Notes under the pieces: generated by a model
The model's database searches: none
Seen by the model: only the letters and a program-made list of their open reading frames with translations
What the model was told of the DNA's origin: nothing
Translations under genes and position numbers: made by a program
Assembly: GCA_963676615.1 (NCBI GenBank)
Contig: OY781092.1
Coordinates: 1,427,093-1,491,092 of the forward strand
Length of the DNA stretch: 64,000 bases
Reading direction: 5' to 3'
Source of the DNA: Candidatus Cloacimonadota bacterium
GTDB lineage: Bacteria; Cloacimonadota; Cloacimonadia; G963667145
Shown: positions 1 to 9,350 of the stretch, in pieces
Numbering within the stretch: position 1 is the first letter of the stretch
Layout of the letters: each line of letters begins with the position of its first letter

Positions 1-2978
1 TTGCGATAAATCTGATACCCGTCCAAACTAGCGGCAGGGCTCTTAACCCAGCTAACGGCAACATTCAGCGCACCGCCCTTTGTCGCAACAAGCCCGCTAG
101 GATTCCCCAGCTTCATATAGCCAGGCACTTCGTTCCCCAAGACCGAAGCTCCATCTTCGCTACCAATGTTAATATTAAGAGGGCTATAAGCTTTCATCGC
201 CAAAAGCAAGAAAGAACCCTCCTCTATCTCGGGGTCATCCGTCGCCGCAACATTATAAAAGTCATCTATTGGAATAGCGTCCACTTCCGAAGCTGGAATT
301 TTGTTGGAAGTTCCGCCGTTCTTAAAATTCAACGGCTTAAACTGCTCCAGCGTATCTTTACGATAATACAGCCAATACTCTTGCGCATCAGGATTTCGCT
401 CAAACCTGATTCCGACAATATTCGTGTATTTGCCATAGGTAGCCTCCAGCATCTTTACTGGCGCAATCGAGATATAACCCGTATCTCTCTGGCTATGCAA
501 CCCTTTTCCGCCTTCCTCTTCATAATCTTCACGATTCGCCTGCAAAGAGTAAACATAATACTGCTGATTTTTCATCTCGTCTTCATCGTAGAAGTTCATT
601 ATCTCGTCTTTCGTGCACGCCACGCTCGCCAACAACTTCTGCGCCTGAACAACCGATTTAAGAGAGTCCAGCACCGTTCTATAAATATTGTAACTTTGCA
701 CATCCCGACTAAACTCGCCAAGCCAACTCACCTTTATCTTGTTGGAATAATCGCCCTGACTAGCCGAAACATCAAGGGGAGCAAGCATTTTCGAGAACCC
801 GATAATCGTATCGCTTCGCTCAGACTCTCCTAGTTCTGGCAAATAAGAGGTAACAAAATATCTGTAAACCGTGCCCGGCACCATCGACTCATCAATCCCC
901 ACAGTATCCACAATGTCTGCTGTAACAAGCTCTTCCGCCGAAGTTATCGGCGAGCCTTTTTCGTATCGATAAATTTTAAAATGCAAGAAAGGATTCTCGG
1001 AAACGATACTCCAATTTAGCCTAACAAACCCAAGAGAGTCTCTCGTGCAGACCAAATCCGAAGGTTTATCTATTTTTGTAAAAGTATCTAAAAGCGCAAA
1101 ATCAGAAGCTCCCGCAAAATCGCTAACAGCCCTTATCTTATACTTATACTCTGTGCTCGGCGTCAAAAATGAGTCCGTATATTTATAAGTGAAAGACCCG
1201 TCGTGCAAAATCGTCGCAATTGGACTCAATCTAGGCTCTCTATACAAAAGATATTCAGCCGCACCGTGCGATGGCTCCCACTCCAACATAATCTCTTGAG
1301 AAGTTACATTTATCGCCTTAAAATTATTTGGAACAGCAACTCTCGACCAACCAGAATCCATATTAGAGAAGTCCGACTCTTTGCCCTCTCTTGTCGCAGT
1401 CGCCAAATAGTAATACTTCGTTCCGTCCTCAAAAAAGCGTTGCACTGCCTTCGCATCTACAGAAAATTCTCCGTTTGCCGAGTACACATTTTTTTGCACA
1501 ACATGAACTTCCTCTTCATCTGGGAACTCCTTGTAATAAAGGTTACAAGTGGTCATATCTTCCGCTTTCCAGGTAACAATCAGCGAGTCTTGACTCTTTT
1601 CCGCTTTCAGCCCTTTTGGAGGTGCTATCGGCAAAGACCCAATAGCTTTCTCAGACACATCCGAGAAAATCTCGTGCTGGCTATCAACAACCTTTCCGCC
1701 TCGCACCTTAAACGCATACGAATAGCCCAGCTTCAACAAATCGTCTGGCATATAATAGAAATCCCTTGATCCAGAGCGGCTCAACTCTCCGTTGTCAATC
1801 CTCAAGGTGTCTAAATCCTCCTCGAAAAGGTTATCCGCATAAAGAATCTCCACAAACCCTGTATTACCAATGCGATCCCACTCCAGAAGCAATCGTCCAT
1901 TTTTGTATTCGGTGGTCAAATTTGTCGGCTTGCTTATCCCACAAAATCCTGCATTCGCCAAAAATCCACCAACCATTTCGGTGTGCTCTTTTGCCAAGCA
2001 AGTGTCACCCTCTACTATCGAACGCACATCGTAAAGATACATCGCTCCTCGATGCTCACCCTCTGGCACATGATAAATCTTGCGTTCATTATATGCGCGA
2101 GAACCTTTATAAACCGTCTCCAGCTCTTCATAATTTTCGCCAGGCAAATTTTCCTTATACAAAATCATATAGCCTTCAACGCCATTGACGAACGACCAGC
2201 TAACCTCTATCGAATCAGCTATCGTCCCTTTAGACGCCTCAACTGTTACTGGAGAAGGAGTTAGAGTATAGCCAGTAACCGCTTCCAAAGAAAAATCAGA
2301 CTTAATAAAATCGTTCTTTTTCGAAACCACTTGCACCAAAAATTGATACAAAACGCCTTCTTGCAAACCAGTCACAAAAACTTCGGTCTGGTTCAGATTT
2401 TCAAAATCTTGGAAAGGACTTTCAGCAGTAGGTTTTTGCCCCGCATGATAGTAAACTCGATAGAAAAAAGCTGTAGAATCGTAGGTTTTCAACATCGAAG
2501 ACTTATCCCAATTCAGCTTAACTTTTCCCTCGAAAACGCCCTGCGACGCCTCAAGAGAGTTACCGACAATCGTCGCTACAGACAAATATCCTGGCGCCGT
2601 TTTACTAAACAAAGAGATCTTATCTCCATCCCGTTTTCGCACCTTGTAATAATAAACCTGCCCATATTCAAGGTTGTCGCCACTTCGACTATCAATATAA
2701 CTTTGAGCCCCAATGCCAGTTCCTATCTGCTTATACTCGCCATCCGCCGCCGCAGTGCTACGATACAAATTGTAAGTGGTCGTCCCCGTAACCTTCTCGT
2801 CTCCGCTGTTCCAGGAAACGATGATCGCATCATCAAACTCTCCCATAGTCGCCTCAACAGTTGAGGGAGGCTCCAAGCTGTTTTCGCCTCTGACAACATC
2901 GGTACACCCAGCCACAGCTAACGCATACAGCAAAACAAATGCCAAAACAAAAAAACCGAATCTTTTTAACGCTTTGAT
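1..2978 (-). CDS. Large surface lipoprotein with tandem fibronectin-type-III-like repeats. The 5' end is in the window; the 3' end runs past position 1, so more than 990 aa are visible.
   Basis: My own minus-strand translation gives an uninterrupted frame from about 2978 down to position 1. It is absent from the supplied ORF track, presumably because no stop falls inside the window. The N-terminus IKALKRFGFFVLAFVLLYALAVAGC is a lipoprotein signal peptide with lipobox VAGC. The body has roughly 90-aa repeats with a beta-sandwich-like W/Y pattern (..VSW.., ..LEW.., YRV/YKV). An AAGGAG Shine-Dalgarno (complement of 2985-2990) lies 7 nt upstream of an in-frame ATC (2978-2976). There is no in-frame ATG/GTG/TTG between the upstream TAA (3017-3015) and the lipobox. 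Confidence 0.6.
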   Translation of the reverse strand, partial: MKALKRFGFFVLAFVLLYALAVAGCTDVVRGENSLEPPSTVEATMGEFDDAIIVSWNSGDEKVTGTTTYNLYRSTAAADGEYKQIGTGIGAQSYIDSRSGDNLEYGQVYYYKVRKRDGDKISLFSKTAPGYLSVATIVGNSLEASQGVFEGKVKLNWDKSSMLKTYDSTAFFYRVYYHAGQKPTAESPFQDFENLNQTEVFVTGLQEGVLYQFLVQVVSKKNDFIKSDFSLEAVTGYTLTPSPVTVEASKGTIADSIEVSWSFVNGVEGYMILYKENLPGENYEELETVYKGSRAYNERKIYHVPEGEHRGAMYLYDVRSIVEGDTCLAKEHTEMVGGFLANAGFCGISKPTNLTTEYKNGRLLLEWDRIGNTGFVEILYADNLFEEDLDTLRIDNGELSRSGSRDFYYMPDDLLKLGYSYAFKVRGGKVVDSQHEIFSDVSEKAIGSLPIAPPKGLKAEKSQDSLIVTWKAEDMTTCNLYYKEFPDEEEVHVVQKNVYSANGEFSVDAKAVQRFFEDGTKYYYLATATREGKESDFSNMDSGWSRVAVPNNFKAINVTSQEIMLEWEPSHGAAEYLLYREPRLSPIATILHDGSFTYKYTDSFLTPSTEYKYKIRAVSDFAGASDFALLDTFTKIDKPSDLVCTRDSLGFVRLNWSIVSENPFLHFKIYRYEKGSPITSAEELVTADIVDTVGIDESMVPGTVYRYFVTSYLPELGESERSDTIIGFSKMLAPLDVSASQGDYSNKIKVSWLGEFSRDVQSYNIYRTVLDSLKSVVQAQKLLASVACTKDEIMNFYDEDEMKNQQYYVYSLQANREDYEEEGGKGLHSQRDTGYISIAPVKMLEATYGKYTNIVGIRFERNPDAQEYWLYYRKDTLEQFKPLNFKNGGTSNKIPASEVDAIPIDDFYNVAATDDPEIEEGSFLLLAMKAYSPLNINIGSEDGASVLGNEVPGYMKLGNPSGLVATKGGALNVAVSWVKSPAASLDGYQIYR

Positions 2979-3530
2979 AACAAAACTCCTTATCGTTACA
3001 GCCTTAACGCTGATTTATATTTCAAAAAATAAAGCACAATCCGCCTAATATCCACCCATAATAACAACAAGATAAGAGACAAAAGAGTTGTCAACAGATT
3101 TGTCCCGAAATTAGACACAAGAGCTTATTTGCTTAAAAACAAAACAGTTATAACTCCTAAAAACACAACAAAATAACACAACTACACACAAAAAACACAC
3201 AATTTCCACTTCTTTTCCTTAATTTTTAGTCTAGAAAAAAAATCTCGCTCCCAAAAACGATTGATTTTCAAACAGTTAACAAAAATTTTAACGCAATCTA
3301 CAAAAAAGCCCCTATTTCATAAACAACTAATTTTAAGCAATTTAAGAATTTCCAAGAATTTCTCCCAATTTTACCAAAATTTTTGCTCTAAAAAAACAGG
3401 TCTCTTTTTCTAAAAAAAACAAGATTTTTGCCATTTTTGACAATTTTGCTATCTTTTTCTTTACAATTTCTGTCATCAATACCAATTTAAACTCAAAGTA
3501 ACTTTTACCAAAAAATTTTAGGAGAAAAAA

Positions 3531-4829
3531 ATGGGTGACCACAAAATCGAATTTTCCTCATATTTTCAAAATCTAACAATATCTGCCATTCGCCAAGCGC
3601 AACAATGCTACGCCGATCGCACCGACAAAGTCAAGGCTGTAAACGCCTCAATCGGAAATGTCAGCCTGCCGATGCACCCAGCGATGATAAAGAGGCTGCA
3701 AAACATCACCCAAGCCCCCGAACTGGGCGAAGGCGTCGTCAAATACACCGCCACTTCGGGCAGAGAAGAGACCAAGCAAGCCTTCAGAAACCTCATCTCA
3801 CTTTGCGGAGCCAACACCGAAAAGCTGGAGGTCATCATCACCAGCGGCGGCTCGCAAGCAATGGATCTCGCGCTTTTGGGCTGCTGCCAAGACGGTCGCC
3901 CGCTTGTCATCTCCGAGCCGACCTACTCCAACTACATCAGCATCGCCCAAGCGTATCGCATCCCCGTGGTCACCGACCCGCACACGCTCTGCGAAGACGG
4001 CCACTTCCGCTGCGACATCGAATTGGAAGAGATTATCAAAAAAAACAACCCCGGAGCAATCGTCGTCATTCCATACGACAATCCCACGGGAAAACTACTT
4101 TCACAAGCAAGATTGGTCGAAATCGCCAAACTCTGCGTCAAATACGACCTTTGGATGATTAGCGACGAAGCGTATCGATACTTGCACTACACCGATCAAG
4201 AAGCTCCCTCGATCTGGAAAATCGACGAAGCACAAGCCCCAGGAATCAGCCGCCGCAGAATGAGCATCGACACCGTCTCCAAAGGCTTGAACGGTTGCGG
4301 ACTTCGCATCGGGGCGCTTGTTTGCGACAACAAAGAGTTCTACCTAAAAGCGATTATCGCCGCATCGTCGCACCTATGTGCCAGCGCAATCGACCAATAC
4401 ATCGTCGGCGGAATTGCCGCTGAAAAACCCGAAAATTTGGCAAAATGGTTCGAAAAATTGAAAAATTACTACCAAAACTTGATAATTTCCACCACAAATG
4501 AGCTAAAAAAGAGGATTCCACAAATAATCGTCTCCTCTCCACAATCGGCACTCTACTCCATCGTTGACCTCAGAAATATCGTTCCCAAAGAGTTCGAAAT
4601 AGAAAAATTTTGTCGATATTGTGCTGAAAAAGGCAAAATTTCGCTAAAAAACGAAGAATTTACCCTACTTATCACCCCTTTGACCAGTTTTTACCTCTCA
4701 GAATCGCAAAACAAGCACTATCAACTTCGCCTCTCCTATGTCGCTCATCCCGACGAAATCGCCAAAATTCCGTTCCTGCTAGACGAACTCCTGAAGCAAT
4801 ATTTATCTATTGACAAAACAAACCGCTAA
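3531..4829 (+). CDS. PLP-dependent class I/II aminotransferase
   Basis: 432-aa ORF with GGAG RBS (3521-3524). It has the class-I aminotransferase hallmarks: ITSGGSQAMDLA, NPTG, and the lysine motif SKGLNGCGLRIGALV. Confidence 0.8.
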   Translation: MGDHKIEFSSYFQNLTISAIRQAQQCYADRTDKVKAVNASIGNVSLPMHPAMIKRLQNITQAPELGEGVVKYTATSGREETKQAFRNLISLCGANTEKLEVIITSGGSQAMDLALLGCCQDGRPLVISEPTYSNYISIAQAYRIPVVTDPHTLCEDGHFRCDIELEEIIKKNNPGAIVVIPYDNPTGKLLSQARLVEIAKLCVKYDLWMISDEAYRYLHYTDQEAPSIWKIDEAQAPGISRRRMSIDTVSKGLNGCGLRIGALVCDNKEFYLKAIIAASSHLCASAIDQYIVGGIAAEKPENLAKWFEKLKNYYQNLIISTTNELKKRIPQIIVSSPQSALYSIVDLRNIVPKEFEIEKFCRYCAEKGKISLKNEEFTLLITPLTSFYLSESQNKHYQLRLSYVAHPDEIAKIPFLLDELLKQYLSIDKTNR

Positions 4830-4850
4830 AATTACATAGCCCAAAATAAA

Positions 4851-5042
4851 AAGGAGGCGGTAACCAAAATGAGCAAAAAAAGCGTTTGCAGCAGTTACTT
4901 TCTCCCTTTTCTAGCCAATTTTTGCCGCATTTCACGATGGTGGTAGGGTCTCCTACCATATTTACCATTTGTGTGAGCGATTTTGCTCACAGACCTCATA
5001 CCCCAACATTTTATAAAATTATCTTTTCTTAAGGAGAAAAAA
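4851..5042 (+). promoter_or_regulatory. Candidate ribosome-mediated attenuator / translational control region for trpB
   Basis: Hairpin 1: tggtagg-gtct-cctacca (4941-4958), overlapping the leader Trp-Trp-stop. Hairpin 2: gtgagc-gatttt-gctcac (4963-4980). The hairpin-1 loop/stem contains TCTCCT (4949-4954), which is perfectly complementary to the trpB RBS AGGAGA (5032-5037). No clean U-tract follows hairpin 2. Confidence 0.45.
4869..4946 (+). CDS. trp operon-type leader peptide (25 aa: MSKKSVCSSYFLPFLANFCRISRWW) ending in two tandem Trp codons and a stop
   Basis: ATG at 4869 is preceded by AAGGAGG (4851-4857). Codons 24-25 are TGG TGG (4938-4943), followed immediately by TAG (4944-4946). The stop and Trp codons are embedded in the first of two hairpins upstream of trpB. 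Confidence 0.55.
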   Translation: MSKKSVCSSYFLPFLANFCRISRWW

Positions 5043-6221
5043 ATGCAATTTGACTCTATAAATGGATTTTTTGGAGAGTACGGCGGAGTTTTTGTCCCCG
5101 AAAATCTAGAAAAAGAACTAAAAAATATCGATAAACAGTATCAAAAACTAAAAAACGACCCAAATTTTGTTCAAGAACTGCACAATCTTTACAAACATTT
5201 CTCGGGAAGACCAACTCCCACCTATTTTGCCAAAAATTTGAGCAAAAAGTATGGCGCGCAAATATATTTGAAGCGTGAAGACCTGAATCACACGGGCGCA
5301 CATAAGCTAAATCACTGCTTGGGCGAGGTGCTTTTGGCAAAAAAAATGGGCAAGAAAAAAGTTATCGCCGAAACTGGGGCAGGACAACACGGAGTAGCTT
5401 TGGCGACTGCCGCGACGCTGCTCGAGCTAGATTGCGACATCTATATGGGAGCCGTCGATATCGAAAAAGAGATGCCAAATGTCACCAGAATGCAGCTGCT
5501 GGGAGCAAAAGTCATCCCCGTGACAGCTGGGCTAGCCACGCTGAAAGAGGCAGTTGATGTCGCCTTTTGCGAATACCTCAAAGACATCGAAAACCAGTTT
5601 TACGCCATCGGCTCTGTCGTCGGTCCGCATCCTTTTCCACAAATGGTGCAAGATTTTCAATCGATTGTCGGACGAGAAGCTCGCCAGCAATTTTTGGAGC
5701 TAACAGGAGAACTACCCGACCACCTCGTGGCTTGCGTCGGCGGCGGCAGCAACGCAATCGGACTTTTCCGTCCGTTTTTGAACGAAGAAAATATCCAAAT
5801 GCACGGCGTTGAACCCGCAGGCACCTCTTTTAAAACAGGCGAACACGCAGCCACGCTCACCAAAGGCTCTCCAGGAGTTTTACACGGTTTCAGGAGCTAC
5901 CTTTTGCAAGACGAAAAAGGCGAACCTGCGCCAGTAAACACCATCGCCAGCGGTCTGGATTACCCTGGAGTCGGTCCTGTCCACAGCTACCTCAAAGACA
6001 TCAAAAAAGTGAGCTACCACACAATCTCAGACAAAGAGGCTCTGGAAGGATTTTTCACCTTATGCAAATGCGAAGGCATCATTCCAGCCCTAGAAAGCTC
6101 TCACGCAATCGCTTTTGGAATAAAATTAGCTCAAAAATGCGAAAAAAATGAAAAAATCCTGATAAATCTCTCTGGAAGAGGCGACAAAGATTTGGAATAC
6201 ATCAAAGCCAACTATATGTAA
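5043..6221 (+). CDS. trpB: tryptophan synthase beta subunit (TrpB1-type), stand-alone with no trpA in the window
   Basis: [20 protein letters not shown] (PLP lysine), [17 protein letters not shown] and [10 protein letters not shown] are all TrpB signatures. I chose the ATG at 5043 (AAGGAG at 5031-5036) rather than the longer track ORF starting at 4983. Confidence 0.9.
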   Translation: MQFDSINGFFGEYGGVFVPENLEKELKNIDKQYQKLKNDPNFVQELHNLYKHFSGRPTPTYFAKNLSKKYGAQIYLKREDLNHTGAHKLNHCLGEVLLAKKMGKKKVIAETGAGQHGVALATAATLLELDCDIYMGAVDIEKEMPNVTRMQLLGAKVIPVTAGLATLKEAVDVAFCEYLKDIENQFYAIGSVVGPHPFPQMVQDFQSIVGREARQQFLELTGELPDHLVACVGGGSNAIGLFRPFLNEENIQMHGVEPAGTSFKTGEHAATLTKGSPGVLHGFRSYLLQDEKGEPAPVNTIASGLDYPGVGPVHSYLKDIKKVSYHTISDKEALEGFFTLCKCEGIIPALESSHAIAFGIKLAQKCEKNEKILINLSGRGDKDLEYIKANYM

Positions 6222-6236
6222 AAAACAAAAATATTA

Positions 6237-6290
6237 GCGCTTTTCGCCAATTTTTACTGAAAAATTGTGTGAAAAGCGCTATTTTTTTTC
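6237..6290. terminator. Bidirectional rho-independent terminator between trpB (+) and the GntR gene (-)
   Basis: gcgcttttc (6237-6245) pairs with gaaaagcgc (6271-6279), with an internally paired aattttt/aaaaatt loop. It is followed by tattttttttc on the plus strand and preceded by an A-run for the minus strand. Confidence 0.55.
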
Positions 6291-6980
6291 TATTTTTGCT
6301 AAATTTTGCTCTAAAATCTCCAAATCTGTCTCAAAATGAGCCTCCATCAAAGATTTTACAGCTTTCTCCTCTTTTTTCGCCAGCGCCTCAACAATTCCCC
6401 GATGCTCCCAAATCGTTCTCTGCTCTTTTTCTGCTGACCCCAAAAAAAGTTTTCGTGAACGCTTAATTTTCGCTAAAAGAGGCTCCAAAATTGCAAAAAG
6501 AGTCTTGTTTTGCGAAAAAGTTGCCAATAAATGATGAAAATCGTGGTCAATTTCCACCAATTTCTGCAATCTTTCGCCCTTGTCCACAACTTTTTCGGTG
6601 CAATCGACAAACTTTTGCAAGTTTTTCTCTAGCTCGCTCAGCTGATTTGCAGAAATTGTCGCCGCTAAAAAAGCCACATTACCACACTCCAACAAATTTG
6701 CCACCTTATAAGCGTCCAAAATTTCGCCCTCCATCTCTGGCAGCTCAAAATTTGAATTTTCCTGCTGACCTCGCACAAAAACCCCCTTCCCCTGCAACAC
6801 AACAACCAACTTTTCGGCAATCAAACTGCTTATCGCTTCCCGAATTGTGGATCGGCTCACCTCGAACTTTTTTGCAAGCTCATTCTCAGACGGCAACTTA
6901 AACCCCGCAGGCTTCCCCGCGACAATCTTCTTTATCCTCCCGTGAACAACATCCGAGAGCTTCTGTATTTTAATCGACAT
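6279..6980 (-). CDS. GntR/FadR-family transcriptional regulator (wHTH plus FCD domain)
   Basis: N-terminal LPSENELAKKFEVSRSTIREAISSL is a GntR HTH. The helical C-terminal domain is typical of the FadR/FCD subfamily. Confidence 0.85.
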   Translation of the reverse strand: MSIKIQKLSDVVHGRIKKIVAGKPAGFKLPSENELAKKFEVSRSTIREAISSLIAEKLVVVLQGKGVFVRGQQENSNFELPEMEGEILDAYKVANLLECGNVAFLAATISANQLSELEKNLQKFVDCTEKVVDKGERLQKLVEIDHDFHHLLATFSQNKTLFAILEPLLAKIKRSRKLFLGSAEKEQRTIWEHRGIVEALAKKEEKAVKSLMEAHFETDLEILEQNLAKIEKK

Positions 6981-7105
6981 TTTTTCCTCTTCAATAAAAA
7001 CGAAATCAAGCTTTACCGCTCGCTATCTTGGTTGTCTGACAAGTTTTTGCTGTCAAGTTTTTATTTCTTGACTCAAATCAAAAACTCTTTTCTTATGCTA
7101 CAAAT

Positions 7106-8155
7106 TTGGTTATATCGAAAATGAAAAAAGAAAAAATCGTAAAATTGCTGCAAAGCGAAAAAACACAAGAGCTATTTCAACAAGCGTATCAGGCAAAACT
7201 GAACAATCTGGGAGCTTTCAGCTACCTTCGTGCGCTGATCGAATACAGCAATTTTTGCTCTCGGAACTGTTTTTATTGCGGAATTAGAGGGAAAAATCAG
7301 AATTTGAAGCGATTTGAAATCCCACTGCCACAAATTAAAGAAAACATTAGAAACATCCACAGACAAGGTTACGCCTCTTTTGTGATTCAATCTGGAGAGC
7401 GAACCGATCAAGATTTTATCGAAAAAATCGATGAAATCGTTAAATTTTCCAAAAATTTGAACGAAAATTTCAAAATTGTGCTCTCTGTGGGCGAACAAGA
7501 GCCAAAAACTTACCAAAAATGGTTCGACTCGGGCGCAAATCGCTACCTTTTGCGGATAGAAACCTCCAACCAAGAGCTATACGAAAAAATTCATCCGCCC
7601 GAGATGAGCTTTGGGAAAAGGGTCGAATGCCTTTACAGCCTCAAAAAAATCGGCTATCAGACTGGAACAGGAATTTTGGTCGGTTTCCCAGATCAAACTT
7701 TGGAAAGCGTCGCCGAAGACATCCTTTTTTTTAAAAAAATCGATGTCGATATGCTCGGGCTCGGACCTTATATCCCTTGCCAAAACACGCCGTTATGGGA
7801 AAAATCAAAAAACATTGACCCCCAAAAAAACCTAGAGTTGAGCCTGAAAGTGATCGCCATTTGTCGCATCCTGATGCCGACAGTAAACATCGTCGCTTCC
7901 ACAGCACTGCAAACCATCGACTCAAACGGCTACCTGCGGGGAATCCGCGCAGGCGCAAATGTGCTGATGCCGAACTTAACCCCCGAATCTTATAAAAAAA
8001 ATTACGCTCTCTACGAGAACAAAGCGGTTGTGGACGACTCGCAAATCCTCGCCTTCGCCTCTATCCTTGGCGAAACCATCAGCCCGCAGCTCGCTGGAGA
8101 CCCAAAACATTTTTTAAATCGGAAAAAACTTTTTCCACAAGGAGTTTCGCAATGA
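7106..8155 (+). CDS. hydE: [FeFe]-hydrogenase maturase HydE (radical SAM, biotin-synthase-like)
   Basis: CSRNCFYCG is a CxxxCxxC radical-SAM motif. The protein is about 350 aa with a BioB-like fold signature and sits immediately upstream of, and overlapping, hydF. The ATG at 7121 is an alternative start. Confidence 0.7.
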   Translation: MVISKMKKEKIVKLLQSEKTQELFQQAYQAKLNNLGAFSYLRALIEYSNFCSRNCFYCGIRGKNQNLKRFEIPLPQIKENIRNIHRQGYASFVIQSGERTDQDFIEKIDEIVKFSKNLNENFKIVLSVGEQEPKTYQKWFDSGANRYLLRIETSNQELYEKIHPPEMSFGKRVECLYSLKKIGYQTGTGILVGFPDQTLESVAEDILFFKKIDVDMLGLGPYIPCQNTPLWEKSKNIDPQKNLELSLKVIAICRILMPTVNIVASTALQTIDSNGYLRGIRAGANVLMPNLTPESYKKNYALYENKAVVDDSQILAFASILGETISPQLAGDPKHFLNRKKLFPQGVSQ

Positions 8156-9342
8156 AACAGCTGATTCCGCGAGGCGAGCGGCTAAACATCGCCATCTTGG
8201 GCAAAATCAACGCTGGAAAATCTTCGCTTATAAACGCCCTGACCAACCAAGAAATCTCCATCGTCGATTCCACGCGCGGCACCACCACAGACCCCGTTGC
8301 CAAAAGATACGAGCTTGTGCCTGTCGGTCCTGTGACCTTTTTCGACACCGCAGGAATAGACGACCAAGGCGAATTGGGCGAAAAAAGACGCAAAGCCAGC
8401 CTGCAAATTTTGATGAAAACAGATTTAGCCATTTTGGTCGTCGCCGAAGGTAGAATAGACGAAAACGATACAGAATTGATAAAAAAGCTGAAAAATCTTG
8501 AAATTGAGCTGATAATTGCGTTCAATAAGGCAGATTTACTGAAAATTAGCCCTCAAGACAAGCAATTTTGCCAAAATCTTAACATCCATTTTCAAGAGGT
8601 TTCTTGCTTAGACAAAAATTCGATCACACAGCTAAAAGAAAAAATTATCAAAATTTTACCCGAAAAACACAAGAAAAAGCAAGTTTTACTCGACGATTTG
8701 CTGAAAAAAGGCAACAAAATCGTTTTAAACTGCCCGATCGACTCTTCAGCTCCCAAATCTCGCCTAATTTTGCCCCAAGTGCAAGTGCTCCGAAATATTT
8801 TGGACAACAACGCAATAGCCACAGTAACCCAATCGGCGCAACTCGCAGAAGCTCTTTTGGATAACCCGAAATTAATAATTACCGACTCGCAAGCTGTCGG
8901 CGAGATTAAAAATATAATCCCCGAAGATGTCCTTTTTACGACATTTTCCATCGTTTTTGCAAGATACAAAGGCGACCTCGACGCCCTTTTGGCAGGGATT
9001 GAGCAAATCGACAAGCTCCAAGACGGCGACAATGTGCTAATTGCCGAAGCGTGCTCGCATCATCCCCAAAGCGACGACATCGGACGCTACAAAATCCCCA
9101 AATGGCTGAGCGAATACACAGGCAAAAAGCTAAAATTTTCGTTTGCTGTGGGCAGCGACTACCCCGAAAATATGAAAAAAATCGCGCTGATTATCCATTG
9201 CGGCGGCTGTATGATGAACAAAGCCGAGATGACCCGCAGAATCGCCTACGCCAAAGAACAAAGCACGCCCATAACCAACTACGGAATGCTGATTTGCAAG
9301 GTTAACGGCATTTTAGAGCGGGCAATTCAGCCGTTTATCTAG
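8152..9342 (+). CDS. hydF: [FeFe]-hydrogenase H-cluster maturation GTPase HydF
   Basis: GKINAGKSSLINAL (P-loop), DTAG and NKAD are GTPase motifs. The C-terminal CSHH...HCGGCMM cluster-binding motif is present. AAGGAG RBS. Confidence 0.85.
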   Translation: MKQLIPRGERLNIAILGKINAGKSSLINALTNQEISIVDSTRGTTTDPVAKRYELVPVGPVTFFDTAGIDDQGELGEKRRKASLQILMKTDLAILVVAEGRIDENDTELIKKLKNLEIELIIAFNKADLLKISPQDKQFCQNLNIHFQEVSCLDKNSITQLKEKIIKILPEKHKKKQVLLDDLLKKGNKIVLNCPIDSSAPKSRLILPQVQVLRNILDNNAIATVTQSAQLAEALLDNPKLIITDSQAVGEIKNIIPEDVLFTTFSIVFARYKGDLDALLAGIEQIDKLQDGDNVLIAEACSHHPQSDDIGRYKIPKWLSEYTGKKLKFSFAVGSDYPENMKKIALIIHCGGCMMNKAEMTRRIAYAKEQSTPITNYGMLICKVNGILERAIQPFI

Positions 9343-9350
9343 GAATTTTT

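Noticed and set aside
381-3048. Eight plus-strand track ORFs (381..833 through 2776..3048)
   Set aside because: They lie antisense to or overlap the long minus-strand Fn3 lipoprotein frame. Their translations are low-complexity (R/L/I/F-rich) with no motifs.
3437-3467. TTGACA ... TACAAT sigma70-like promoter for the aminotransferase
   Set aside because: The 19-nt spacer is longer than the 16-18 nt optimum. I keep it only as a possibility, not a feature.
4810-4838. TTGACA-17-TACATA inside the 3' end of the aminotransferase as promoter for the trp leader
   Set aside because: The -10 is weak (3/6) and it lies inside coding sequence. It is not supportable from sequence alone.
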